Shown piece by piece: positions 27,088 to 38,466 of a stretch of DNA of 56,516 bases. The notes beneath the pieces are model-generated. The model worked only from the letters and a program-made list of their open reading frames with translations, was not told where the DNA came from and ran no database searches. The stretch is from a virus (Duplodnaviria; Caudoviricetes): positions 1-56,516 of IMG/VR virus record IMGVR_UViG_3300037803_000024; one strand, given 5' to 3'. Each line of letters begins with the position of its first letter. The first letter of the stretch is position 1. The position numbers were made by a program, and so were the translations under genes.

Positions 27088-27613
27088 CACCTATCTGCGC
27101 ACCGCTATCGAAGTGCACCCGCCACATGCCATCCCGCCGGGAGTAGATGCGCCAGCGGAGCCACGGCCTAGCCGCCGCGTGCAACTTCATCCGGAGCACT
27201 GTCGCCTCGTGGACTTTCCAAGCTTTCACCTCGAAGGGCACGGGCGTCCCGTCAGGCGTCCAGCCGATCCAGTCCGGAGTACAGCGCGAGCCGGAGTCGT
27301 AGACGAAGAACGTCAGCCCTTCGTAGTCGTAGCGCGCCAACTCGCCGCGTGCCACCATAGGGTCCAGCACTTCTCTGGCGAAGCGCATCTCCGTCTGATT
27401 GGGAACGCCGCGCCGCGTACGTACCCCTCTCATTGCGCTGCTGGCCCGCTGTGCCCCGTTCGCGGCCTCTGGCGTGTCCCTGTGGCCCTGACGGTCCAGC
27501 GCGCGTTGTAGGGCCGCCTGAACGTCAGGAGCTGCATTGGTGGGCATCGCCAGCGCGGCAAGGATGCGTTCGCGGGGCCACGTGCCCAAGTCAGTCGTGC
27601 GGGCGCCGTTCAT
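27068..27613 (-). CDS. PD-(D/E)XK nuclease (DUF1064-like)
   Basis: NQTEMRFA...YEGLTF...TPDW...FEVKAW. Confidence 0.7.
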   Translation of the reverse strand: MNGARTTDLGTWPRERILAALAMPTNAAPDVQAALQRALDRQGHRDTPEAANGAQRASSAMRGVRTRRGVPNQTEMRFAREVLDPMVARGELARYDYEGLTFFVYDSGSRCTPDWIGWTPDGTPVPFEVKAWKVHEATVLRMKLHAAARPWLRWRIYSRRDGMWRVHFDSGAQIGVAHQQE

Positions 27614-28036
27614 GGCAGTGCGCGCAGTTCGGTGAGCATCATGGATACGTCTGCGTCGTACAGGTAGACAGGGGAAGTTTCCTCCATCCCGTAATCGGTG
27701 CAGACGCAGTATACCCAGCACGGGTACGCGGTGGGCGCCTCGTTGCGCCACCGATCCTTGTATGTGTCGAAGCCATCCATGCTGGTCGCCCAGCGCCGAT
27801 AGGCTCGCTCGTTCTTCAGCAGTTTCATCGTCCCGCCTTTCTGGCGACCCTTGCCCGTTCGGTGTCGAGAAACTCCGCGTACTCGTAGCTCAGAATCGCG
27901 CTCAGAGGCGCGTCAGGTGCAGGTCTGGCCTTCCGCCTTCCCCTGCGCACCGCGAAACCTAGCAGGCCAGCCAGCAGAGCTAGCAGCAACGAGGATGCGG
28001 TGTGCCGGAAGCGGCGGCGATGCGTGAGGGGAGTGC

Positions 28037-28714
28037 TCATGTGGGCGCCCCTCCTTCGACGGAAGTATCATCTTCCCAAGTCCATTGATCGTCAAGCAGC
28101 GCAGCGAGAGCACGGATGCGGTCGTGCGTCCAGTGCAGTCCCGCCTTATGCGCGGGAATCCAGCCCGGCTCCGCACTCAGAAACTCAAACGCGGCGTGGA
28201 GGTTTCCCCGTGCCTCGCAAACCCTGAATGCCGCCGTGGAACCGGACGGGAAATGCGGGTCTGGAATCACCTTGGGTACGCGTTTCTTCAGGGGATAGTG
28301 GCGAGCCGCGTCACCCCTCACTCGCTGTAGCCATTCGCTGTATACGCTTCCCGTGTCCCTGTGGCGGCTAAAGTCGTGCTCGTGCGCCGCCGCCTCGTAC
28401 GCCTCGCGTCGGATGCGCTGCTCCCGGTTGTGCTCTTCCCAATCCCGTTCTTCGTTCATCACAACCACGGGTTCCCATGTGGCAGCAGAGGGCAGCGCTC
28501 CTAGCCGCTGGCCCGGCGCGGCTAAAGGTGGACGCGGGAGCTCCTCCAGTGCGGCGCAAGCGAGGTCGTGTGTCCGCTGCGCCTCTCCCTTCGTAAGGAA
28601 GGGCCAATCGCCGATATTGAAGTGCCAGACGTGCATGGCGAGCGCGTGTGCTTCGTCCGCAGTCAGCGGGCCTGTGTTCTCGTCTGAAGTTGTCTCTAAC
28701 ACGTCGCACCTCAC
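28037..28714 (-). CDS. Hypothetical protein
   Basis: 225-aa ORF coupled to the recombinase gene. Confidence 0.5.
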   Translation of the reverse strand: MRCDVLETTSDENTGPLTADEAHALAMHVWHFNIGDWPFLTKGEAQRTHDLACAALEELPRPPLAAPGQRLGALPSAATWEPVVVMNEERDWEEHNREQRIRREAYEAAAHEHDFSRHRDTGSVYSEWLQRVRGDAARHYPLKKRVPKVIPDPHFPSGSTAAFRVCEARGNLHAAFEFLSAEPGWIPAHKAGLHWTHDRIRALAALLDDQWTWEDDTSVEGGAPT

Positions 28715-29349
28715 GCTCGGTTCAGGGGTTGAAGCTCCTCTCCGGTGGAATCAGCCACGGCGCGAGCGAAGGTCAGGGCGGCGGCAGGATCGCGCTTCAG
28801 GGTTGACCACGCTTTCTTCGTGGCGGGCTTCAGCGGTCGCGACTCTCCGTCCAACGCCAGCATCACATCGTCTGCACAACGGGCGGCGGTTTCGCGGATG
28901 TAGTCGAGCGCGCTGCGGTGCGCTTCCTGTTCGCGGTATCTGCTGTACGCGCCCGTCTTGTCGTACAGGTTCAGCCCCATCCCGAACAGCGCCAACGTGC
29001 GCTTTAGCGCCTGTGCGAAAGAATTGGTTTCGGCGCTGCCGAAGTCGCGCACCTTGCCGTCATCGTCGGCATTGCCGTGCTCCTCATCCTCGCTGCCGAA
29101 GTTCACCCGCGTGATGCCGAAGATCGTCACTGGCAGACCCATGATGAGCTTGCCGCCGACTTCCTTCAGGATGGGTTCCCCCATGCTCCAGCCCGGCCCA
29201 ACGAGGTCGTTCAGGCGCATGACGTAAATATGCCAGCCGACGAACGAAACGCTGCTGCCGCCCTTCGTCTTTCGCTGGACAAACTCCGCGGGGAAGGGCT
29301 CAGCCAACGCGGCCTCCAACTTCGGGCACCAATCGCTGAAGCAAGCCAC
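28711..29349 (-). CDS. Rad52/Sak-family single-strand annealing protein
   Basis: YVMRLNDLVGPGWS...SAETNSFAQALKRTLALFGMGLNLYD. Confidence 0.8.
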   Translation of the reverse strand: MACFSDWCPKLEAALAEPFPAEFVQRKTKGGSSVSFVGWHIYVMRLNDLVGPGWSMGEPILKEVGGKLIMGLPVTIFGITRVNFGSEDEEHGNADDDGKVRDFGSAETNSFAQALKRTLALFGMGLNLYDKTGAYSRYREQEAHRSALDYIRETAARCADDVMLALDGESRPLKPATKKAWSTLKRDPAAALTFARAVADSTGEELQPLNRA

Positions 29350-29353
29350 GTAG

Positions 29354-29932
29354 CTAACTCACGTCCAAAGGGTCAACGTAGAACCGCTCTTCTGCCTCAA
29401 CCAACTTGCAACCCGGCGGGACGTAGTCAGGGATGATGCGCCGCGCCTCTTTCCACTCCTTCACTACCACGGCGTGCGGCAAACTCTCCTCTGTCTTCAG
29501 CAGGTGCGCTAGCCCGTGTTCCTTCGCCCATGCCACCACGGCGGCCGGGTCTTCCACGGCGATGCGCTCCGGCGTGCTGCGCCAGCCGATTGTGCCCCGC
29601 GGTAGTTCCCTGCTCTTCTTGCTGCCATACCTGGGGACGAACGGGGCGACGGCCTCCAGCATCGTGAGCAGCCACGTTTCCCGGCGGCGCGGAGAGCCGT
29701 TCACGCGCTCTAGCCACCTTTCGGCGTTCCGCACCTCCATGTCGTACGCTCGGCGGTTGGCCGCCATCTCGTCGCGTACGTCCTTCAGCGCTGCCAGCAG
29801 GCGATTGCACTCCTGCTCTGCTTCGGTGGGAGCGGCTTCGTCGGGCGGATGGACGAAGGCTAGTTCGTAGCGGGTCGCCAATTCATTTTCTTCCTCTGGC
29901 GAGAGCACGGGGAGATTGGATTTGGCGCTCAC
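29354..29932 (-). CDS. Mu Gam-like / host-nuclease inhibitor
   Basis: KKSRELPRGTIGWRSTP...; adjacent to the recombinase. Confidence 0.65.
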   Translation of the reverse strand: MSAKSNLPVLSPEEENELATRYELAFVHPPDEAAPTEAEQECNRLLAALKDVRDEMAANRRAYDMEVRNAERWLERVNGSPRRRETWLLTMLEAVAPFVPRYGSKKSRELPRGTIGWRSTPERIAVEDPAAVVAWAKEHGLAHLLKTEESLPHAVVVKEWKEARRIIPDYVPPGCKLVEAEERFYVDPLDVS

Positions 29933-30573
29933 GATGCACCGCCTCGCGCGAGAGCGGCGAACAGCCTACCGGCGATCTGCGTCTCTGGTATCTCCGGCAA
30001 CGACGGGATTTCCGGTGCGCCCAACGTGGCCCTTCCATTCGCCACCGTCACCGTGCCCACACACCCCGAAGACTCCCAATCGCCGCCGCAGTGGACCCTA
30101 AGCGTGGCGCCGGGGGCGGCGGGCAGCACGTAAAGTTCGCACGCGTCGCGCACGTCCTCTGGCGAGAAGTCGCGCTCGTGCAGGTTGCCGACTGCGTTGA
30201 CGACTTCGGCGGGCCACTCGCCTAGACCGCAGAGCCCTTCGCCAATCGTCAAGCAGTGCCACTCCGGCCACTCTTCCGAAGCGCCGGGCGCATCGGCAAG
30301 CGCAGCGCGCAACGGCCCAACCTCACCGGCTGGAATCTGCCCGACGATCCAAACGCGTCTCCAGTTGCCCATCGCTCCCTCACCACGTCACGGGTTGAAC
30401 CGGCGCACGCCCCTCGCGCAGCCGCTTAGCTTCCTCGCGCTTCTTCCACCAGCCATCGGCCAGCAGTCCACCGGCAAGGGCCGCCAGCACGAAGCCCAGC
30501 ATCTTCCAGAACATCGGGTCTTTCCAGAGCATGGGGATGGAGTCTCCGGTTGAGTGGAGAAGGCGAAAGACGG

Positions 30574-30891
30574 TCAAGAAGAGCCGGTGGCTTTCTGCAC
30601 GGCGTCCAGCGCTACGGCTTCCACCATTGGGTCCAACCAGTCGCGTTTCGCCGGAAGGGCGCCTAGCAATTGAGAGAGTGCGTACAGCAACTCCGGGGCG
30701 GCGGCAATCAAACGGGCATTGGCAGTGCGCTCCGGTGCGCCCGGCTCCTCAATCTCCACAAATCCGTCCGTCGGAATGAAGAGGCTGGTGAGCGATGCGA
30801 TAGCCACGCCCTTGCGCATCGGGTGCATCACCAAGCATGGTCCCTGTGCATCACCCAACAGGCGCCACGGCCCCGGCGTGTGCTTGCCCAT
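30574..30891 (-). CDS. Conserved phage protein (HTPGPW...ANARLIAAAPEL family)
   Basis: Both signature motifs present. Confidence 0.7.
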   Translation of the reverse strand: MGKHTPGPWRLLGDAQGPCLVMHPMRKGVAIASLTSLFIPTDGFVEIEEPGAPERTANARLIAAAPELLYALSQLLGALPAKRDWLDPMVEAVALDAVQKATGSS

Positions 30892-31315
30892 CTTAGTCCC
30901 CGTCGTTCAGGTAAGTGGCCTCTCCACCGTCTCCGTGCACCAACCCAGCTATTCATAGTCTTCGTAAAAGCGGGAGCCCTAGTCAGAACGCAGCGGCCCG
31001 ACGATCCCCGCTTCCACGTCCTCACACCTGTCGCCGTTGTCGTAAGCCTCGTCGTCGCACTGGCAGGGCCAGCAGTCGCAATCAGGGCAGTAGTGGATGG
31101 GCGGCATCATTCGCTTGTCTCCTGTGCGGCGGTGACTGACGGTGCTTCAGGTACAACCAACGTGAGGATCAGCGCATTGAGCCGCACCGCTTCGCTCTCC
31201 GACAGGTTGTAAGGGAGCACCAGTTGGGCGTTGAAGCCATACATCTGGACGGTGTAAGCGAGGCCGCGACGCGAGTGCTTGTCGTACCATGCGTCTCCGC
31301 CCGGATGCCGCTCCC

Positions 31316-31570
31316 TCATCCTTCGTTCTCCGTGCTGGCGGACTTGGCGTACCACTTCCGCAGACGACGGAGCGTGGGGGAGTAGGGGACAGAGCCAAGC
31401 AGGAAGATGCGCAGTCCACGCGGACTCATCCCTATCTCCAGAGCGGCGGCGTTGACGCTGGACGCATCCACCTCCCCCCGCACGGCGGACCGAAGCGTTT
31501 CAAGGTCACTTGGCGGTTCAGGGAGACGGCGGGTGACGGTGATTTCTCTCGGCACGCTGACCTCTGGCAA
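31316..31570 (-). CDS. Small HTH-like protein
   Basis: LRSAVRGEVDASSVNAAALEIGMSPRGLRIFLLGSVPYSPTLRRLRKWY. Confidence 0.6.
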   Translation of the reverse strand: MPEVSVPREITVTRRLPEPPSDLETLRSAVRGEVDASSVNAAALEIGMSPRGLRIFLLGSVPYSPTLRRLRKWYAKSASTENEG

Positions 31571-31616
31571 AAGAAAGCCTGCGCCCCGCTGTCACGCGGA
31601 GCGCAGGCGCGGCGGA

Positions 31617-31760
31617 TTAGTACGTGAACGTCCCGTCCCCGATCCCCGCCTTGATCTGCGCCTGATCGTCGGCGGTGAGCTGCTTCCACTCCTTGGTGAA
31701 TTCGGCGGCGCGCTCGTAGCCGAAGAAGTGCATGATGTCGGAAAGGCTGGCGTTCGGCAT
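31617..31760 (-). CDS. 47-aa hypothetical protein (not in the ORF track)
   Basis: MPNASLSDIMHFFGYERAAEFTKEWKQLTADDQAQIKAGIGDGTFTY; follows a promoter. Confidence 0.55.
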   Translation of the reverse strand: MPNASLSDIMHFFGYERAAEFTKEWKQLTADDQAQIKAGIGDGTFTY

Positions 31761-31819
31761 GGTGGGTCCCCCTGCGGTTGGCGGGTTATCGCGGCGCGCA
31801 TTCGTCGCCGTCGCATCTT

Positions 31820-31848
31820 ATCTTAATGACTGCGTCCCGTTACGTCAA
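31820..31848 (-). promoter_or_regulatory. sigma70-like promoter
   Basis: TTGACG-17-TAAGAT. Confidence 0.65.
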
Positions 31849-32327
31849 GGATGTTGTGAAAGTGCCCGCCCACCGCCCCACGGCTTCGCACCCTGCGGAT
31901 AACCTGCGTTCATCCACTCGCGCACAGCATGGGTAACGTCACTCCAGTCCAGCCCGTACTTCCGCCGGAATTTGCTCAGAGGCATCGTCTCCGACTCCGC
32001 GTGATGCACGGCGCAGAGCGGTCCAGCGTCGCGGTCAAGCCCTCCCTGTGACACCTTGGGATCGTGATGGGGGTGGGAAGGCGGCTGGGCCCCGCAAATC
32101 ACGCAGGGAAGCATCCTGCACGCCTCGCACTGCTCGCCGTCCACGTCCTCTGGCCTGCCGTGGTGCGTCATGGGCGTGCGGCTGGCCTTCAGCGTCGAAT
32201 ACGTCTTCAGCGTCGATCCGGGCGTGCTCCTTCCTTCGGCCTTGTCCCGCTTCGCTCGTGGCTTGGGGATGGCACCGGGTGCGTCTGCAACCGCCGAGTA
32301 ATCAATCCCGCTGCGCTCACGTGGCAT
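31845..32327 (-). CDS. DUF968/HNH-like Zn-binding recombination protein
   Basis: LPCVICG...HPHH...PLCAVHH...FRRKYG. Confidence 0.6.
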   Translation of the reverse strand: MPRERSGIDYSAVADAPGAIPKPRAKRDKAEGRSTPGSTLKTYSTLKASRTPMTHHGRPEDVDGEQCEACRMLPCVICGAQPPSHPHHDPKVSQGGLDRDAGPLCAVHHAESETMPLSKFRRKYGLDWSDVTHAVREWMNAGYPQGAKPWGGGRALSQHP

Positions 32328-33963
32328 CGGTAGGCTCTTGCATCGGGGTCCAGCCCATCTTTCGCTCGCTGGCCGTGGGCACGTTCGCCAGTTCGTTCGC
32401 CAGTTTGAGCAATTGCAGGCGCGAGCCGTTGATGATGCACGTGGGCGCGTTCATCCCAAGGAAGCGCAGCATGGTCTATCTGTAAGCGCAGGTACTTGGA
32501 GATATGATCAGCATCGGGGGCGGCGTTGTCTCGTACATCCGCTTGCCGAGCCTCCCAATACCGCTGTTCTTCCAACTCATCCTGTACCTTGGCTTCGTCG
32601 GTCTGCTGCCACGCGAATTCTTCCGCCGCCGCCTTCTGCGCCAACTCCCAAACGGCGCGTTGCTCTGTACCCGCCTTCCACGGGCACACGTATTCATCAT
32701 TGTACCACGCGATTTCTGCGGCATCCCACACGCTGTGCAGAAAATGCTCTGGCGCATCAGCCATTGTTCCCTCACTCTCCAGTAGCGGGTGTAGCAGGTA
32801 GAGCATCCAGCGCTTCGCACCATTTCAACGCCCTGTTCCCACGCAGTGCGTCGATCCACGCCTCTGGCAATCACAACGCGTCGCCCTCCCGTCGTCGCCC
32901 ACACATTCGCCACGGCGAGAGCCTTGTACTCCACGCATGTGGCGTCAGGATACCGCTCGCGTACCTTCCGCTCTGCCGCTGTCATCGCTCTCTCGCCCGA
33001 TAGGCTCTGGCACTTGCAGTCACCGCATCCAGCGCAGCGACGAATTCGGGTGCCATGACACATTCCCTACAGCCCGTGACGCTGGCGCCGTTCTCAAGAT
33101 GCACCCGCTCGAATTTACGCCTGTGGCGGTTGCACCAGCGGCCCAGCGCCTTCGCCTCGCGTACGTTCATGGCTCCGGCCAAGGCTCAAGTTGACCTTCG
33201 TGACACGGGCATTCGCACGGCTCCATCGACTTGTCGGGCCAGCGACCTGTTGCCCTATGGTGGCGAAGTTCCGCGCACTCGTACGCGTCGTCAGAGGAAC
33301 ACGCGCAGTCTCGGTTGTTCACGGCTTCTCTCCCTCTGTAGAACGAAGGACAGCAAGGACGGCGCGTGCGAACGCTCCGCAGGTGTAGTCCGTCACGCGA
33401 TCCGGCAGCGCGTCGCTGAATAAGAACCATCGCCTATCCGGGTTTTCGGCGGCAAGCCAGTCGCGCCGCGCCGCGGGCAAATACACCTCGCGTGCTCTCT
33501 CCAACACTTGCAGGTCTGCGTCAGCAGAGAGGAAGGGATTCCATTCCTGACCTGCGCGCGGGGACGGACCCGCTGGGAAAATCATGCACGTCTGTCGGTC
33601 CGGGCACGCCAGTCGTGTGCGGAAGTACGTCGTCTGCGGTTGCACCGAGCCGGGAACGTGCTTATCCCAGCCCATGAAGTCGCGGGCAAGCCGCTCCACG
33701 TCCTCTGCCGTGTATTCAGGCTCGCTCTGGCGTTGGTCCTGACGTTGGCTAAGCATTCTACGGCTCCGTGGTAACGGTGCAGCGCACTACCTTCATCCCG
33801 TACGTGCAACGGCAGTAATCAAAACTTTCTCCCCAGCCTGACGTTTCAAAGTTGCGGATCGCTTCCGAATGGAGACGCGCAACCGAATCCAGCATCGGAT
33901 AGCCTCCCTCGTTGACGACTACCCATCCCTTGGCCGTGCGAGAGGGAATGATGGGCTTCTCGT

Positions 33964-34233
33964 TCATCGTGGAGCCCTAGCGAAGACGTGCCACACGAAT
34001 CGGCCGCCGCTCGTCTGAACGCTGCCAACGTAATCGAAGCCTTCCCCGGGAGCAGAGTTGCCAGTACCGACAATGCGCACTTCCCACATTTCTGGCGTGT
34101 TCGTGTTCTCCACCAGAGCCCACAAGGTAACCACGCCTTTCTGTTCCTGAACCGTCAGAATGCGAGCGCCGAACGGTATGGCTACGCCCTGCACGTCGTC
34201 TATCCGCAGCGGATACTTGTAGATCGTTTTCAT
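33964..34233 (-). CDS. Conserved phage hypothetical protein
   Basis: MKTIYKYPL...GTG...YVGSVQ...FVWHVF. Confidence 0.65.
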   Translation of the reverse strand: MKTIYKYPLRIDDVQGVAIPFGARILTVQEQKGVVTLWALVENTNTPEMWEVRIVGTGNSAPGEGFDYVGSVQTSGGRFVWHVFARAPR

Positions 34234-34443
34234 GGCGTGGTCTTCGAGACGATGTGCTCGCTCTCCACCTCGCGCCAGCGCTCCTGCTCTATCTCTCGCT
34301 CTGCCGCTTTCAGGTGGCGACAGACGTTGCAGTCGAAGCGCGGCGTGCTGTAGTGATGCCCCGTGCGCGCCTGATGCTCTTCCGCAATCGCGATCAGCAA
34401 ATCCATGCTCATCATTCGCTCCCGTGGTTAGCCTGCTTCCTGC

Positions 34444-34721
34444 TTAGATCACCCCTTCGTCGCGAAGAGCTTTGTAGTAGCGGTCGATCGCGCGCAGGTC
34501 GCGGCGGTGCGCTTGGGCCCAACCGACTGCCCATTCCCTTCCCGGCCGCGAATCGGGCGAATATGGGTTGGCGTCACCGCCCATGCGGTACGCGTCTCGC
34601 CCTTCTTCGCGGTAGTCCGGTGTCTCGACGCGTTCCGCTTCCACAGCCTCTCGCCCAATCATCAGGATTGCACACTGGGGCACGTCGGCTTGCCGCATCC
34701 GTAGCAGTAGTAGTCACTCAT
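34444..34721 (-). pseudogene. Frameshifted gene (CxxC N-terminus, Rmf-like C-terminus)
   Basis: MSDYYCYGCGKPTCP joins QCAILMIG...EGRDAY..NPY..EWAVGW if one C is added to the C4 run at 34677-34680. Confidence 0.5.
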
Positions 34722-35341
34722 CCTCTGTCTCTTCCATCCGGAGTTTCAGGAGGCAGAGCCATGCGGAAATTGCGAGCGGTGCGTTGCCGTGAGTGGGCCA
34801 CGTCTCCGGATCTTCTCCCGCGACTTCCGCGACGAGACGGCGAATTCCATCCAAGTCCTCACGCGCCCTGCGCAGCGGGTGCTTGGGGCAGGAGGAGATG
34901 TGCTCCGTTAGTGCCGCCTGCATCGTTGGTTGTCCCTCTCCGGGACCGTAGCGGTGGCCGCAGTACACGCAGTTGATGTACATGCCTGACTGAAGATCAT
35001 TCACCCAAGCCGTGAGCCGCGCGCACTCCGCTTTCGTCCGCTCTAGTTCTGCGGCCAATTCGTACTTCCCCATCTTCACGTCTTCGCTCCTGTGGCTTGT
35101 GCTGCGCTTCCTGCTCTCCCTTATCAGCCACTCACGAAGGGCTGTCCTCACGGAGAACCCACCCCATCACGCCGCATCCGCTCACGAACGGCCTCGCGTG
35201 CCCATTCGGCTGGAGTCTGCTCAAAGCCCACATGGCGCGCGATTGCATCAGCCTCATCGGTGTGCAGCGAAATTTTGATTGCCCGCGTGAATCTCACCCC
35301 CTCCTTGGGCTTCCACGAGGTGCGGGTGGCGCGCTGGGGAC

Positions 35342-36001
35342 TCATACTCCCGCCGCTGTTGCGCGGCGCTGCTGATTTTCCGCCCACTTGCCCTGTTCGT
35401 CGTAATCGAAGGTCTTCTTGAAGAGCGTTCCCGAAGGCCCGTGTCGCATGACGATGCCTTCCGGGTTGGTGAATCCCGGCGCGAAAGCGGACCCGTTCTC
35501 GCGGAGCGCGGCAAGCGCCTTCTCCGCTTCGGCGCCGGGGTTGTCTGCGTAGCCTTCAAACAGGACCGGCACGACGCGCAGGCGCGGCGGCAGTTCCGCG
35601 TCAGTCCAGCGATGGGTATTGAAGAGGACGAATACCTTTTCGTCCAAGTTGTAGTGTCGCTTGTTGACGCCCTTGCCAACCCACTCCCCGAAGTGACGCC
35701 CCGCGCCGAGCGTGGCGAACAGCATTTCGGCGTTGTCCGCCACGAAACGAGCGAATCCGTGGTTATCGCCCTGCTTTGTAGTAGTCAGGAGTTGAGAGCG
35801 CGAACCCGCAAGGATGGAAAGGCGGTCATCCCACGCCTCTGCGCCATCACGAGTCGAAGCGAGAACGAAGCCGTTCACCCACGCATCGTTCGTCACGTCC
35901 GCGTTGCGGACAATGAGAATCTGGGCATTGGTGCCGTCCAACTTCTCCGTAATCGTCCACCCGTGGCTGAACCGGGTGAGAGAGGGGAACTTCTCGAACA
36001 T
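35342..36001 (-). CDS. RNA ligase (Rnl2-like nucleotidyltransferase domain)
   Basis: Motif I EKLDGTN; FGEWVG; EGIV; FKK. Confidence 0.8.
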   Translation of the reverse strand: MFEKFPSLTRFSHGWTITEKLDGTNAQILIVRNADVTNDAWVNGFVLASTRDGAEAWDDRLSILAGSRSQLLTTTKQGDNHGFARFVADNAEMLFATLGAGRHFGEWVGKGVNKRHYNLDEKVFVLFNTHRWTDAELPPRLRVVPVLFEGYADNPGAEAEKALAALRENGSAFAPGFTNPEGIVMRHGPSGTLFKKTFDYDEQGKWAENQQRRATAAGV

Positions 36002-36052
36002 GGGGAATGCGCTCCGGCTCGTCGTGTGTAAGGCGTAGGTACCTGCGCACCC

Positions 36053-36081
36053 ATCTTAGCGGTCTCAGCGCGACTGCGCAA
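36053..36081 (-). promoter_or_regulatory. sigma70-like promoter for the RNA ligase operon
   Basis: TTGCGC-17-TAAGAT. Confidence 0.6.
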
Positions 36082-38466
36082 GTACCTTTGCAATCCCCCC
36101 TTCAAATGGCGCCGTTTCTGCTGTACCTTTTCACCGCCATGAACGCGCTCCCGCAGGTCAACCCGCGCCGCTACGCGCGCACCGCACATAAGCTCGCCGC
36201 CCGCAGCGCCATGGCGAAGCGCTGGGAGATTGTGTCCCTCAACCTTGCAAGGGAGATGGAACGCCTCTGGATGGCTCCGGATGAGGCGTGGCGTCGGTGG
36301 ATGGATTCTGAGCGGGCCTGACGACGCAGGCGGGCCTCAATACCTCCGGCGTTTCCCCGAAATGGAGGCAAGCCCCCTTGTACGTGTGGAACGTCTCCCC
36401 GCAGTGAAAACAGGTCCATCCGTTCGCAGGTGAAAGATAGGTTTCTGCAAGCGACGTCAGACCACGCACGTGAGCTTCTATGTCAGCACGCTGCTCTTGA
36501 GTTAGCCCTAACAGGGAAAGCGACGGCTCTTGTCGGGCAGTGAGCGCAGCAAGGATGCGTCCCGCCACGGCTATCATCAGTCTGCCGTTGGGTGACGCTG
36601 GGTCGAAGTCGCGCGTCTCTGGCCTTGTTCTGTATCCGAAGTCAGGCGCAAGCGCCTCGTATTCGCTGTGGAACAGTCTGGCTAGCTCTTCGGGTGTCAC
36701 GGCTGTTCCTCCTGTGGGTGTACGAATTCCATCAGCGACCACTCTGGCGCGTCAGCGTAGCGCTGCACGGTCGCCCTGTATCCCTTACGGCTCGCCATCA
36801 GGAGCAGCATTTCGTCATTGCTGCTGTGGAAGTAGCCGCTGATCGTCGGCTGTCCGGCCTCCATCTTCACCCACAGGGAGCAGGCTTCCCAGCCGTTGAC
36901 GAAGGATGAGGAGCCGTCCAGAAACGGCAGCACCAGGGAGAGCGAGCCGTCGCAGTCTGGCGGACACTCCGCGGCTTCGCCCTTCCACGCTTCTCCGTCG
37001 TCAGGTCGCCACGTCACCTTGGTCCTCCCGATTGAGAATCCCCACCATTTCGTCTACAGTCGGCAATCCCTCGTCACTCTCGCCCTGCTCTACCGTTGCG
37101 TTGTGCAGGCGCTTCCTGCCGCAGCAAGGGCATTCCGTGATTTCGCCAGCCACAGGCCGGGAAAGCGGAAAAGAGGGATGCAGTCGGCTCATGTCGATCC
37201 AACTGGCGTCGAAGTCGCTCATTGCCTGTCTCCGTGGCTGTCCCTGAACTCCCTGATCTGACTCCGGATGTGCTCCACGTCAGCGAAGGGAAAGGCGGTG
37301 TGCTCCCACAGGATGCGGTCGGCCAAATATTCGTGCACGACGGGCATCCGCATCTCCTGACGCACTACGTCCAGCCACGTGAGGCAAGCGGGGAGCGTAT
37401 TCATGTGAGACTCCAAACTGTGCTAATCCTCGTGTCTGTATCGCACATGGCGCGCGACCCCGCAGGCCTCCCGTGCTCCGCTCGCGCAGAGGGAGGCGTG
37501 ATAATTACCAGTTCCGCTCTGACTCCGAATCCCGGCAGGCCCATCGTCGCGCAGCGCACGGAGCACGCTGCCGAGTGGCCCGCTTCCGTGTGGTTCGGAT
37601 CGGCTGGACAGCCGCGGCAGCAGTAGCGGTCCTTCGCCAGACGCACGCGCCCGCAGGCACAGCCAGTCGTGGGGATAATCCCGCCTGCGGCGTTTCTAAG
37701 CGGCTGCATCGGCGTCCTCCACCTTGGGGATACGGGAGAGCACGGCGCAGGCTTCGTTCCACCCGCAATCGCATCGGTTGCCGTCGCCGTATGCGTATGA
37801 CGCGCACTTACCCAAGTGACGGGCTAACTGTCGCAGGGCCTCCACAAGCTGCGCGTACGTCGGCGCTCCCTCCCTCTGGTGGAGCTTCGACCGCGTACGT
37901 GTCAGGCGCCACGACGTGATAGGGTCCGCCGTCCAATCCTGGCACCTCGTGACACCCAACTGCCGACAGCGGATCGCCGCATGCCGCGCACGTCTCTTCA
38001 GTCAAATCCAGCGGAGCAGCGCAGGAGAGGAGCAAGAGCAGGCGGGCTTCCAAATCCTCAACCTCAGCGTCGATTTGGTTCATCTCTACCGGACCAGCCT
38101 CGTTGTAACTCTCCCAAAGCGTCCCGTACTCGCGCAGTATCTCCCGCACTTCCTCCACGGCCTGCGCTGGTGGAGCAGCAATCAGCGGCGTGACGGTAAA
38201 GCCCTCCGTAGCCCTGTAGGCTTCAGCGGCCTTCTCGTCTAAAGTCACCGTTCTTGCCGGAGTGTGGCCCTGCACCAGCCATGCAATTACGCCTGCGCTC
38301 ACCGGACCGCCTTCCGGATGGGCGGCCTTGGTAGCGGCCATCGTCAGGATTTCAGCAGCCGCCTCCTCGGCGGCGATGCGGTACATGTCCGGCGACACCG
38401 CCCAGCCGTTCGTGTAGCCGACGTGCTTCTCTATCACGTCGGCTATCTGTGACTTCAGCGGGTCGC

